Assembly (NCBI GenBank): GCA_020184695.1
Contig: JAANOX010000027.1
Span: 1-57,046, forward strand
Reading direction: 5' to 3'
Origin: Histomonas meleagridis 2922-C6/04-290x
Taxonomy: Eukaryota; Protista; Parabasalia
DNA: 57,046 bases
Position numbers and translations under genes: made by a program. Of the stretch, positions 34,101 to 42,651 are shown in pieces. The first letter of the stretch is position 1; each line of letters starts with the position of its first letter. A model generated the notes under the pieces. It made no database searches, was not told the DNA's origin, and worked only from the letters and a program-made list of their open reading frames with translations.

Positions 34101-34165
34101 TTTTCTTCTACTTTTTCTATTTTTTGGACCTGTATATTTCCTTTTTTATTTTTCATGAAGAACAC
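22175..34165 (-). CDS. Highly divergent dynein heavy chain-like protein (3996 aa), inner-arm DNAH6-like N-terminus
   Basis: SPYELKKV...FTMSAKGIT...LDQW..WKPFRQWR N-terminus; PRLYFLSNDDIL linker; EYGYEYWG before AAA1; P-loops GDISIGKQ, GPSKSGKS, GSIESGKT and GPSGSGKY; stalk coiled coils; PLLIDTDG and GNWVLLH motifs. Confidence 0.9.
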   Translation of the reverse strand: MFFMKNKKGNIQVQKIEKVEENQISNEKPKIKHCFKNNFSNPNSSLFKSRELEAQTSNFDIIPTPEKSNSKLIGYSQPALITLRNRTTTPISPRHSKNPHPHIPTIIGRKPLGKLRDPHDIPALKTAMKEVEEEASALDFHEDVLSYFSKRRDGRGHCFIYLIYSQDKNDPFFSPYELKKVPFAEVKGEHFTMSAKGITFVSSDGNSENITLDQWSKEKTIFSTLRKLPVISKFLYWKPFRQWRRFVTSQRHQQLEKAITAHSFYENPNFYKHSIELNRLINNTDILLKQYLLAFIPQRKYTLKDFEEQNKQNNLTLRSEYYKFIEEVQNNVLELYKSISDPKLVQVNDSDFPGATRRNPNLDQLMNLERKKAFARIEKTKELNRQIISIGSFIRMIDYSILEKNSKSFVECWENAYENISQEMSSIFQVDVSYTENGEVKLTPVLNELLETFENNFVDSENILNSLPRILLTPIVRPLLKENEIDIDELMKVGPKFIDIIKSFPNLNNIKKNICEIISKSYEMALSNSQFFTIFYPIYKLGMNWDVNDYIINRKGEKFKGKITSERNEEIDSFLINNDEEPIIDFDVVENIFEKLKDDELKVSGIRLGTIRGAIHIDSRNLRSILVPIPTKCINELKEMLQKLVNMKIELISNVLQYYTSNLRQKSFLLENYVNFCELLQRTFDVSNKIEEEIKFVNKMFDLFDKFKIQHNLNPLINSFEIFKADQKSALQVKESTSGMFIQSLKTLVYKVQRKIEYYYERAITIPASLKDFDNSLLSLANKLIVKVEKLVPKIEAIKKYQKVIGIDIRNFNIFDDVYTATKFMHKLFNTINQWNIILKQITSNPFNNIDIETFKSDMEKINNNIIELQNSTHTNYPILTELSNKVNAIVPYLSELELLSNGKLQNRHWNALFQDCEQPTTYNQNITIEGLIDLGILNMKDSISKITMISKGEYELEKDFQNITSYWNKVQLPINETKLKQQNNDEKYIYLGSIEPLLNEIYDTLTKLQNMLSLPYVRSIQESVITLSTTLENISLILISWKRFQDNWVILPSLFNSEEVKSILPHQSNRFSTIKRKWLTFSRYGFKDTRLFNVCSFPSLFEMLNNNISSIENIFITFNKYFDVKRNEVPRLYFLSNDDILNLIITENFETFEKIIIKIFMNISSFELGKSEENFEFHNKKIIGMIGEDGYNFHFSKLITSFGKFDIINQIINVMKNSTYTTIFSCVRGFSDYNFMDWLNKYPPYILFITLQIIFTKEIDECFKNCNIKQNVFNDYEKTLNKRINIILNNKNEISQKLSTILMTFISLRDRLNIINKKKKDYSIETEWYNTIKFKINTETNQILIEYNNSVFEYGYEYWGSIPNYIPTIKQTNLINEITNSFHNQIAPILLGDISIGKQTFLRYLSSLFGKFVFNFRSFMNTSEYFIQRILIGTVTSGSWLIFNDINNLSHQNLCFIYDNLRNLSNAQNSGNPRIMISSKLVELQKGCQILFTSKSFNNYNDKEKENFPSQLKTFLRPINIINYNYNQIIQNKLISNGFDNKSNENATKLINFVNSAIKIFFEYLRKELTLFYLLKICDLISEIIKNDNKNLNDDILCKASYLYFKDFINNERKNSLIILLFSSFKISETSIEELKTKLNKIEDEILINAIKEEINSLSYELPTKYFTEKVYSLYNMLLKYHCVIICGPSKSGKSLIVEVLNKVLQKPEIKFQLLPFFIRKIFPSSDKYPIIYGSLNNDSSVGLITSNGQIQSILYELFTKSSHQTNLLIFDSPITKYFDNFLSEFIGSLSIKRSQLISLSSYNHNDFKIIFETDSLANISPYLLSRCGILIMENAQYINTIPIQNPICELINPLIPFTNAINLVNIKNSQNSSSLELCKKIFCEISPTIIKRLYHSNNIINYSESNKIMKNGHIMITENITTFSAIICLETLQTITTEVNKETATLIVVKSFFDVIIGILDQSEISNFEIWLRKTYKIQVPCDWVGLSVNDQFWETFSFPSLLSMYISDDKLIPLNFKLLDNNPININPINDQQFPLLQEDLLVITAQMLPTLNLCNLLLGNLTHFIVHGSIESGKTTFLKVLFNMNKNFIPIFIPSNKFKSTEKIYSFLLSHTNLMSKVKNNNKFALIFENVNEKHSELLEFIRMIITTHQIITFSKADQKVCEIHTINNFIIIITTRNYQNLPNRFLSNLIPVSLGKITQASANYISLQKLLYYGNDLQNSKEIIKTLKVLYNQFQPLNPSIDLIKSVDMFCRLSQKNDKLLNLRIIFYELYFRSLQKLNISDCNEKLNFLWKSMFNEDEEKNIINDYLLLQSIPFPQFEFSKDFKSFNIHYKQKNENEIREFIQEKIYNFNMNLQEKITLHLPLNVLQQFSFICTTITFPQSNLILLGPSGSGKYTMSRLICYILERDFVYIDKPTPEEISSFDERISNFFKIIHDVIINALIHQKKSIIFIRYNKSTKVETEQLINLSINNDFTIYFDPIDLEDLYMKFSGLTKLTYDERLNTYNQITNMLRLNIHLIISIDDIEFNDDLISSTKFERIYFNNIDKQIITSLSNKTFNEIVTNNKINSDKYKCLPSLLIKSIDIVKQYSPIFHINYFYDFIETFIHFINNEIEEITSFNKDIKVALKFIKKIEVESHQIDNKLDSLAPALQRITTDTETLLTSYNSRKETIELRLSTLEETYKSKTNEINEIKELITQLEQEVETYIPKINQAHKNIEEINDIEAIRITAVDPLDSLRLLIKIFCIILERPIDYEKSGKRLIMDPNLIQLLNEKLSKRLKPNITKIILPIFQTNELDLNELNSISPSLKYFYDWIYNTCLKESVLQQLEEKKLELKDKQSYLNDFIEEMNIEKSSIEQIKSELEVEKKAVDNSISSKEQMENEFKEIDSCKRTIDSLFKGLGTFIEKWQTFSKEIQSKLDKVIINSFLFAFYLNFCGSMSIKNRCICLDTIINEFNENNIKCEFEDPLQYISDKLISYNFDDYVIPNDEIYSLYTVIDFYHLLSSIRTPLLIDTDGILLNYLISSFQPKRLIITSQNVIDFDKIFLNAITGGKILILLDVDYLHPLISSFLPLSLVTFDTNNSKDVKIGTKIIHWNPNFKLILVSQINNIKLIPMNLYSRVNIINTNSSSLETEFGFIQNSFLKNINPEIIPNLLNMRKIEIFQRIELIKYERDILDTFIEIITTQKQNQNQNNYLIDDDALNDLNISKENYFDSFNQNKNFKELIEEKDKSLNLYQDQIQLLYVFWEVLSRVLPKVSKNSYFSFKNYYKLINSIFSNEIFKRNTTNNEQQTIATTLIINSICQFTFQSLPINEIIFFMFISAYLIQNSENKISDNELISVLTHMKEEFNSACDFKQTEDLDDLLSNPFEHLKFTNIKNISHFIFQFIIEKFGNEFITNFQYFQYDSILSNSSTIPTIIISNQNSNPTQLIHQFIIHRCRIDNFDSYSLCNNLDNIQKLQKNINSSLNKGNWVLLHYTKPSLITANLLSEIYHQILNSNVNINFRLIILCNSIQYISKSLFYNSKIIYINTFPLFKNNMLQLYHNHNFLIKSIKYSNSIKRISYSLMLLFTILNYRNIIKPLNYFDNKNFYINCYEFKYFLNVLIELSTNLEEIQFQNIRKHIKEIIFSNTTNYFDKKIIRKYINKLINSKILNEEFSLTNENNYNWIIPNDSTISSYIQTIPQFPTSLILNMNLLCSEPIRFWNLSRYLIIPFKEYLNEKKKIDFKIIITKLDNITMLLPDRIKTNDSSRFEGLIGKLLLQEIEMFNNGLNFFKNKLKNGIEKVKKGIINENIINLSQGNVPQNYKNLISLFITNNVNTLVNRLIEKNEFLLKWIKEGAPKEFDCKLIYNLKTFLDINLYEYSSKININSYKYKFEILNKEKKEKNYNEIIIKNLILQCGKCNDNNLLTTIGNDLLPYVKIDGIIIKIVENVADNIKTNNFPFFRTLDLEGKEEIDNFICEMPLAISDQENEFVENATAFYCFVPEQFL

Positions 34166-34943
34166 TTAATAACGTATGCGTATGACTTTTTGTGTATTTT
34201 ACAAATTTCATATCAAAAATTCCATTGCATATTGTGTTGCATCACGCCTCCAAAAATTGTAGCTTCCCTTACTTCTTGTTAGAACATTAATTCAGGAGCA
34301 TCAAGCAGTAGTTCAATTCATCAAGCTTTAAATCAAAAGAAAAAAGCTTTTTTGATGAGTAATTCAATGATTTATTTTGACTTTTTAATGAGTTTACTTG
34401 GTTGACGTTAAATGTAAATAAACTATTGAATTTCTTTCAAATCAAAGAAGAACCATTTAATTCGAATTTTTTGTTCAATGGAAATAAAAAGTTCATCTAA
34501 AAATAAACCAATTAGTATTTTATTCAATTGTATCACAAAAGTGAGACTTTGATTCTGTTATAAGATTTTTGAAAATCTTCAAGAAAAAATGAAACACATA
34601 TTATAATCAATTATACAAAAAATAGATTATTTTTAATGTTAAATTTTTCATATAAACCACAAGAATCATATTATATCATAGAAAAAATGATAGAACATCG
34701 AAGGCGTATAAATAACTGCCGAAATGATTCTTTTGAATATACGACTAAATAAAGAACATATTATAATCTAAATTAAAACATTATACAACTCAATTTCTCA
34801 AATCATATAAATCCAAACAATAATATATATTATAACAAATTGTGATTGGATGTTGTTACAATGTGCAAAACGATTAGATTTGTCAAACAAGAAGTTGGAG
34901 AAATTATTATCGGATTCCGTATTGAATTATTCAATTTGTCGGT

Positions 34944-36221
34944 TTGGCTTTTGACAGTAATTTTCTCCAAATGCTTTTCATCTTTTCATGGTGCTTATTA
35001 AGAAATCCAGTACAAAGCAAATATGGCACAATACCAAACAGTGCCAGCAAAAAATCAGTCCCAAATACTTGTATTTGTACTGAAAAATATTGCGTATATG
35101 GAGAAAATTATCTAGATGCCATCATTAAATACATCCAAATGCAAATTTCTAATGCTAATGACAAAAGTGAAGAGCGTATTGTCAAAGATTTCATTGATGT
35201 ATACACAAAAATTCTAATGCTGAAAAACGAATTACCCAATAGCAATTCTCTTGCGATTTTAACACCTATAAATACTGGCAAAATAATTGAAATAATTAAG
35301 TCTTACATTTTTAACTCACCAGAAAATCTTAATCAACACAATGAAGAACCAACAACTTCAGACGTTGAAGATACGAGCGGCAAGAATCACAGGATAAAAT
35401 TGGATTTGAGTAAAATTCCAAAATTTTATCGCCGTGTAATTGACATCATCACACAAGAAGATAATTCAGTTTCCCACAAACACACTCCAAAATTTAAAAA
35501 GGGAGCTATCCGCACTGAAAAAAAATTGATTATCTATCCAATATATGATAAAATCCTCGGTCAAGAGTCTCACAAAGTTGATATTGTCAAGAAAATCGCT
35601 CCCTTGAAGTCATATGGAGAAATATTAAAGAAAGCAACAAATGCCAATGAAGAACATGAAGATCGAATTGTCAAAGATTTCATATATGTTTACACAAGTC
35701 TTCTGAATCTCAAAAACAATTTAGAAACTTCGAATACCGTCTTTCATACCATAACAATTCTATCGACTGATAAAATTATGGGTGTTATTAAGAAGTACTT
35801 CAATAAAAATGAAAACTCACCAGAAGAAACAAACGACACCAACAGCGCGGTGAAGTTGGACTTAAGTAAAATCTCAAAATTTTACCGCCGCGTCGTTGAC
35901 GTCATCACCAAAGTTAAGGAACAAGAAGAAAATTCAGATATCATCGAATGGGGAAAGATAATAACTGATTGGTATGAATATAAATACCAAGCTACACGTA
36001 TTGAACATGACACAGAAGTAATTTGTTCAATAGATGAACTCTTGGACCCAAAATTGCGCGAAAAATGTTCCGGCATTAATCGTTCCGACAACTCAAAAGG
36101 AAACACAATCGTAAAAAGCATTAAAAAGAAAGAAACTGTGCGAGGATACTCTGGCTTTTTAACTCCCAGGAACAACGAAATGAGCGAAGAAGCAAATAGA
36201 GTAGTTATCGCCGTCATCTGA
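34944..36221 (+). CDS. Orphan protein with two tandem homologous domains (163-aa period)
   Basis: ERIVKDFIDVYT...KLDLSKIPKFYRRVIDIIT is repeated as DRIVKDFIYVYT...KLDLSKISKFYRRVVDVIT. The start codon is uncertain. Confidence 0.65.
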   Translation: MAFDSNFLQMLFIFSWCLLRNPVQSKYGTIPNSASKKSVPNTCICTEKYCVYGENYLDAIIKYIQMQISNANDKSEERIVKDFIDVYTKILMLKNELPNSNSLAILTPINTGKIIEIIKSYIFNSPENLNQHNEEPTTSDVEDTSGKNHRIKLDLSKIPKFYRRVIDIITQEDNSVSHKHTPKFKKGAIRTEKKLIIYPIYDKILGQESHKVDIVKKIAPLKSYGEILKKATNANEEHEDRIVKDFIYVYTSLLNLKNNLETSNTVFHTITILSTDKIMGVIKKYFNKNENSPEETNDTNSAVKLDLSKISKFYRRVVDVITKVKEQEENSDIIEWGKIITDWYEYKYQATRIEHDTEVICSIDELLDPKLREKCSGINRSDNSKGNTIVKSIKKKETVRGYSGFLTPRNNEMSEEANRVVIAVI

Positions 36222-36776
36222 AGTCATGTAACAGTCGTAAACAATAAGTGATTTGCAATGATTTTTTGTGGAAATAATTCATTACAACATCGAAGAAGTG
36301 AAATAGGTGAAAACCTGAGTTGAAATGAATGGAATGAATTCGAATCAGAAAAACATTCTGTCGCTTGAATATGTATTTGAGTCTTGACGAATTTGTTGGT
36401 ACTATTTACCATAAAATCGACTTATTTTCGAAAGTCTTTAAATGTTCTTTTTAGGATTAATTTTATGATCTTATTTCTTCAGCATAAATTGAATTTATTC
36501 CAGTGAATATTTAATTTGCTTAAATCAATAAGCGTTCTATGAAATATAACATCAAAAATGTGTGGAGTCCTTATCAAATTAGTTGAATAATGAATTATCG
36601 ATTTTTTTCTTTGAAACTGTATCAATAATGTATTTCAATTTAAATTTGGTGTTAATAGATTTTTTAGGAAATGCATTATGTGTTTATGGATTTTCTGAAT
36701 TTAATTATTATGAATCATGCCCAATACAAATTTTCAATAAAGGATAGATCGATATAGTTTTTTGGAGTAAAAAGGA

Positions 36777-37310
36777 ATGAAAATAAATGATGCCCTTATT
36801 AATAAATCAGCAAAAATTGGAAATATATATTTCGTGAAACATTTCATAGAAACATATGTCAGATTTCCAACGAATATTTTATATTGTTCCATTACATTAG
36901 AAAACATTGAACATGTAAAACACATTGTTGAAGAAAAAAAATTTGAAATATATACCAAAAGTATTTAATTTCATTTTTTTTACTGTTTATATCATTCAAA
37001 ATATTTTTCATTTTTATTATGGTTTCGGAGAAGCAATTATTACGGCTTATATGAATAATAGTGTTGAAATATCTGAGAATAATAAATTTAATCAATATGA
37101 ATGTAAAATATATTTTATTGGTTTGATTAATATTCATCTAGATGTTTTAATACAGGCGTTGTTTAATTAGTTTTTGAAATGAGGACAAATTGATCTAAAT
37201 GCAAAAGATATTTTTTTGTATAATTCAATGATCAATTCATTAATATGATGATATAAAAATATATTTGAAAATTATTCGAATTATCTAATACAGTACTTAT
37301 TTATGCATAA
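36777..37310 (+). pseudogene. Decayed ankyrin-repeat gene retaining one intact 77-nt spacer
   Basis: AKIGNIYFVKHF..., then QIDLNAKD, a 77-nt spacer (37210-37286) and NTVLIYA*. Other junctions are degenerate. Confidence 0.65.
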
Positions 37311-38101
37311 ATCTGTAAATGGTTACATATTTACATTTGAAATCGTGGAATAATTTTCTGATGAATAAAAACTTATTAATACAATAAATGTTGATTTGTT
37401 TCGTTCGAAGTTAATTTTGATGATTTTACGATTAAAATATCACAAATTTGCTTTGAATGAGTTGTGGAGAAATAACCGTGTGATATTATTTGAATGAATT
37501 GACAAACTCACGAATTTATGCTTTGAATGTATTTTTAATTAGCAAATAATTGAACACAGAATTAACGTATTTTTTATGACGGTTTTTGCTCAGAAAATAA
37601 CTGTTGTGTTTTCGGGAAAATATTCATATATTAATGTGTTGTTATTTATGGATTATAACAATGCAAGTGACAACTAAAAATTGTTGTTTTATTGTAAATT
37701 CGAATTTTAACCATTTTTTGCAAAATAAAAACAATAAATTTCATATAAGCAAAAAATGCAATTTCTTCTTCGATTTTCAAAATAAAACTTCTGTAAATTA
37801 TATTAATATTATTAATAAATCTATCAAACAAATTGTTTTGAAGAAAAACAATGAAAACATTTGAATATAATTAATTCTATATCAAATTTTAATTTTTCAT
37901 TTCTTTTTCATAATTTAAATAATTTTACTCATTTTTTATATTTTAGTTCCATCAAATTTTTAATCAATTTCAGACAAATTAATAAATATTTATTCTTTCT
38001 TTTTGATTCATTCCAAATAATTTCAAAAATCTATTATTATTTAATTTTATTAATTTTTATTTATTCTTTAATAAAACATAACTTAATTCACATTCGAATC
38101 A

Positions 38102-39827
38102 AAGAAAAAATAAATTACAAATTTATTTTAACAATATTTGTTTTCTTTTTTTCTCATTCGTTACAAACATTTAGTGATGAAACAGGTACATTAATAATAA
38201 CTAATTCAAGTGAATTTACAAGTGAATATCAAAACTATACGATGCATGTCATCATTACGAATGAAATAACCGAAATTCCAAATGAAGCTTTCTCTGATTG
38301 GAAATCATTGATTACTGTTGAAATTGGTAATTCAGTTACTTCAATTGGAGGAAATGCATTTCAAAGTTGCTTTAATTTAGAAAATGTCATTTGGAGAAAG
38401 TATAACAAATATTGGGGTTTATGCATTTAGGTATTGTATTGCATTAAAAAATGTAACATTTAAAAGTAATCTTACAACAATTGGGGAAAATGTCTTCAAT
38501 GGATGCGAAGGACTTGAAACAGTGTTTTTTAATGAAGGTGTAAAAACAATTGGATCAACAATGTTTCAAAATTGTTATAATCTTACATATGTTACAATTC
38601 CAAGTACAGTTTCTTCAATATCCACAAATCCATTTCTTCGCTGTTATAGTCTTCAATTCATCAAAAATTCGTAAAGAAAATTCATATTATTCAAATTATG
38701 AAAATGATGGGGTTTTATATGATAAAGAAATTACGAAACTTATTAGTTATCCAAATGGAAATAACAGCGAAACATTCAAAATTCCAGATTCAGTAACTTC
38801 AATTGAATCGAATGCATTTGATTCATGTAAAAATTTATTGTCAATTTCTTTTGGAGCTAATGTAAATATAATCAAAGATTCTGCATTCTATAATTGTTTA
38901 ATTACAAATGTCATCATACCAAACACTGTTACAGAAATTTATTCAATGGCTTTTTATTCATGTAAAGAATTAGAAACATTAATCATTGGAAAGAATGTAA
39001 AATCATTTGGAGCTGATGCATTTTCTTATTGTTCTTCACTTAAGTGAATATATTTTTATGGTGAAACTTCACCATCTATTAATGGAAACTGTTTCAATGG
39101 AATTAATGAAATATATGTTATGGTGTATGAAACATATCAAAATGAAAAATTTGGAGAATTAAATATAACCAAAGAAATAATTGATGGATGTTTGCCAATG
39201 CCAACATTAATATTCACACAATCGAATTTTTTTGCACAAATTAATACATATACTAAATCAAATACATATACACAAAGTAATTCATTTTCTCAATCAAAAA
39301 CATATATTAAATCGAATACATTCACAGAATCATTTTCATCTGATGTCACTTTCTCACATTCTTTTGTTTTATCATATATTTTATCATATTCTAAATCATT
39401 AAGTATTTATAGTTCTTATTTAAATTCATTTATTATTACTAAAATAAATTCATCATTAAAATATATTCAAACATTCATTGTATATTATGATTATACAGTT
39501 ATTATTTATTCTAAATATTTCACATATTATTCCAATTTTTATGTTATTTATGAAAACAAAGAAACAAATAATAATAATGAAGATAAAACATATATTTATA
39601 TTATTATTGGAGTTTTAATTGGAGTCATTGTTATTGTTTCGATACTTGTTATTATAATAATTCGTATTCGAAATCACAAAGGAAAAAGTTATGAAGAATC
39701 AAACGAAAGTAGTGAAATAGAAATAGAAACAAATAACATTTCAACTGAATATTTACAAAATAATATTAATGAAGAAGATCCATTTGCGAAAGATTTTAAA
39801 GAAGATAATTTTAATGTTCACATTTAA
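38102..39827 (+). pseudogene. BspA-like surface protein, copy B (inverted near-identical copy of A) with Ser/Thr stalk, TM helix and acidic tail
   Basis: Same LRRs as copy A and the same frameshift at about 38390. It has an extra A at about 38663-7 and a TGA at about 39045. TM IYIIIGVLIGVIVIVSILVIIII; tail EEDPFAKDFKEDNF. Confidence 0.88.
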
Positions 39828-39921
39828 TTCGAATAGCACAAAATCAATAAAATATATTTTACTTCATTAATAACATTTTATTGGTTACAAATATTTATAT
39901 ATATATACTTATTAAAACACA

Positions 39922-40335
39922 TTACTTTGGTAATTCCATTAATTTCTCCACCAAATTACATATGTAATTTAACATATTTCTTTGGTATGTTGTACAGTTA
40001 TTAATTTTTATATTTACAATTTTTTCATTCCATTTTATGATCCCATCGATCATTGCCTTCGCAACAATTAAGCATTCATATACTGATATCATTTTTATTG
40101 CACATAACTTATCGAATATATTCATCAATAAAATTCCATCACTCATTCTATACACAACAATTATATTCCATAATCCATCATTAGTGAATTGGATTTTTTT
40201 ATCTTTTAATTTTTGATATCTAAAAATTATTGAATTTGCAGTTGTTATTACATCGTTAAAAAATTTCGACAACGGAATGTTATTTAAATCATATGAAAGA
40301 ATTGGCTCTTGTTCAATTCCTTCATCCACCAACAA
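39922..40335 (-). CDS. Hypothetical protein fragment
   Basis: 137-aa ORF without an ATG start; the upstream Asn-rich sequence is interrupted by stops. Confidence 0.35.
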   Translation of the reverse strand: MLVDEGIEQEPILSYDLNNIPLSKFFNDVITTANSIIFRYQKLKDKKIQFTNDGLWNIIVVYRMSDGILLMNIFDKLCAIKMISVYECLIVAKAMIDGIIKWNEKIVNIKINNCTTYQRNMLNYICNLVEKLMELPK

Positions 40336-41109
40336 AAAATATTTTTCATTTTTATTATTATTATTATTATCATTAATTATATTTAATTTATATAATGATT
40401 TAAATTTTTATTTATATTTTCATTTGTTATATTTTGTTCATTTTTATTCACATTCATTAATTCTTTAAATTTCTCATTACCAATTAAATTAATTAAATTT
40501 ATTATTGTTGTTAATTATTTGGAATATATTCCAAATATTGGCAATTTACTTATTCGAATTTCTTGCTTCGAAAATAAATCAAATTTATGATGCATTTATT
40601 TTCCTGTTTCTCTTGTTAAATGGTATAGCATTTAGACTTTAAAAGAAGATATTTTAATGTGTTATTTCAAGCTAAGTATTCACCTTGCTGATGTTTTTAC
40701 ATAGTTTTTCAGATCTAAAATGTTTAGCAAATTTGATATTAAAAAAAAATAAAAATAAAATCTGTAGTTGCATTTATAAGATAATCAACAATATCATAAA
40801 TGACACTCTACCCATTGATATATTTAAAATATTTTAAAGTCTATTAAAAAATTTAAATTACCTTTAAATTGTGATTCTTGTGCGAATATGTGGAACAAAT
40901 ATTTGTTCAATGTTTTTTATCAAGATAAAATTTTTATGAGTCACTTTTTGAATGGAAAATAGCAGCGGTTTTGCCCTGTGGTGTTTGAGTAAACGATACA
41001 GAACTTTTGAAAACATTATTCAGTGATTGAAATGAGTCAAAAACATTTTTTGAATGTTGGAATACATATGTTTAATCAAATAATTCCAAATCACTTTCGA
41101 GTATCCTGT

Positions 41110-41658
41110 TTATGCAATTATGCAGCCACCACCATTTTTGCTAAGAACTGCTGCGATGGCTAAATCAAATACGTTTCCAACATTTGTGTTTGTCTTTGCT
41201 GAGCAATTAATGGTCTTGAATGCTTTGATTTGTTTCGCAACTTCATCAATTTCGGCTTGAGTTATTGCACCTTCGGCGTTTTGATTCCAAAGATCAGCTT
41301 TTGTGCCTACAAGAATTACTGCTGCTTTTGGACAATATTCTACGAGCTCAAGCTTCCACTTGTCAGTAACATTCTTTAATGTTTCTCTATTGTCAAGAGA
41401 GAAACAAACAAGTACAACATCGCATTTGGCATAGCTCATTGGGCGCAACCGATCATATTCTTCTTGACCTGCCGTATCCCAAAGATGAAGGCAATATGTT
41501 TTACCTTGGAAATTTCTCATTTCGTGATGATTTTCGAAGATTGAGGGTTCATAATCTTCAGGAAAAGGTTCACCTTTGAAAACAAGTAGCATACTTGTTT
41601 TGCCAACAGCGCCATCTCCAACGGCAACTATTCTGATTGGGATTGCGTTTTTGGACAT
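41110..41658 (-). CDS. Rho/Rac family small GTPase
   Basis: GDGAVGKTS, LWDTAGQEEYDRLRPMSY, VGTKAD, CSAKT and C-terminal CAAX (CIIA). Confidence 0.95.
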   Translation of the reverse strand: MSKNAIPIRIVAVGDGAVGKTSMLLVFKGEPFPEDYEPSIFENHHEMRNFQGKTYCLHLWDTAGQEEYDRLRPMSYAKCDVVLVCFSLDNRETLKNVTDKWKLELVEYCPKAAVILVGTKADLWNQNAEGAITQAEIDEVAKQIKAFKTINCSAKTNTNVGNVFDLAIAAVLSKNGGGCIIA

Positions 41659-42036
41659 CGGGTCTTTTTTGGAACTTTTTGTCAGTTGATTGAATTTTTG
41701 AATAGCGACAGGCCTATCGCAGGTTAATGAGTGTCACATTGAATTCTGAGTCTCCTTTCAAAAAGCAGTAAACTTTTTGAAAAAATAATTGTCTGATTTC
41801 TGCAAGTTAGATAAAAACAAAAATGACTTTGTTTTATAAATAGTTTAATATTTTTTGTTATTATAATCTCAAAAAAATGAGACTTCTTTTTTCGAGCTTC
41901 AAGTTTACTATAGAAAATCAAAAAATATAATTGCATGAATAGAAATCTGATTATGCTTTTCTTTTATTTAACAAATAAAATTTAAAAAAGAAAATGATTT
42001 AATTTCACAGTATTTTATTTTGCATTAATATAACGA

Positions 42037-42543
42037 TCATGAATTTGTTTTGACAACCCATTCCTTGTTGCAAACAGGACAGTTACTATTGTTCGATTGT
42101 ATCCACTTTGAGATACAATGAAGATGGAATACATGACTGCATTGACCTTCTTGAAGTGGACATGGTTCTGTCTTAGATTCTGCTTCACAAATGTAACATG
42201 GTGCAATGAGGTTAGAGTGGCAAATAGAGCAAGTATCTTGATTTCCTTCCCATGACACTAAGTAGACTGGTAAAAACTTGCTTATATGATATTGGATTTT
42301 TTGTTCTCCAGCTGGAGCTCCAGAAGCCCCTGGCCTTGAAACTGGAGGGCGTTGCCCTGGCGCGCCTGCTGGTCTTGCACCTGGTGCTGGTGGCCTTGCA
42401 CCAGGAGCAAGTGGTCTAGCTCCAGGAGTAGGTCTTGCACCAGGAGCAGGTGGCCTTGCGCCTGGAACAGTTCTTTGTGGTGGATGAGGTGCAGGCTTTG
42501 GAGGCTGTTGTTGTTCTTGGTTTTGATTTGGTGGCTGCTCCAT
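42037..42543 (-). CDS. RBX1/APC11-like RING-H2 protein with a Pro/Gly/Ala-rich N-terminal extension
   Basis: SWEGNQDTCSICHSNLIAPCYICEA...GQCSHVFHLHCISKWI...CPVCNKEW, preceded by PGARP(PA) repeats. Confidence 0.85.
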   Translation of the reverse strand: MEQPPNQNQEQQQPPKPAPHPPQRTVPGARPPAPGARPTPGARPLAPGARPPAPGARPAGAPGQRPPVSRPGASGAPAGEQKIQYHISKFLPVYLVSWEGNQDTCSICHSNLIAPCYICEAESKTEPCPLQEGQCSHVFHLHCISKWIQSNNSNCPVCNKEWVVKTNS

Positions 42544-42651
42544 TTTGTGTCACTTTTTTGGGAAAGGAAGACACCTCGAACAAAATGTTCAAAGGAAATG
42601 AACAACTTAAAAAAAGGAAAACCATTATTTTTTTTTGAAAAAATATCAACT

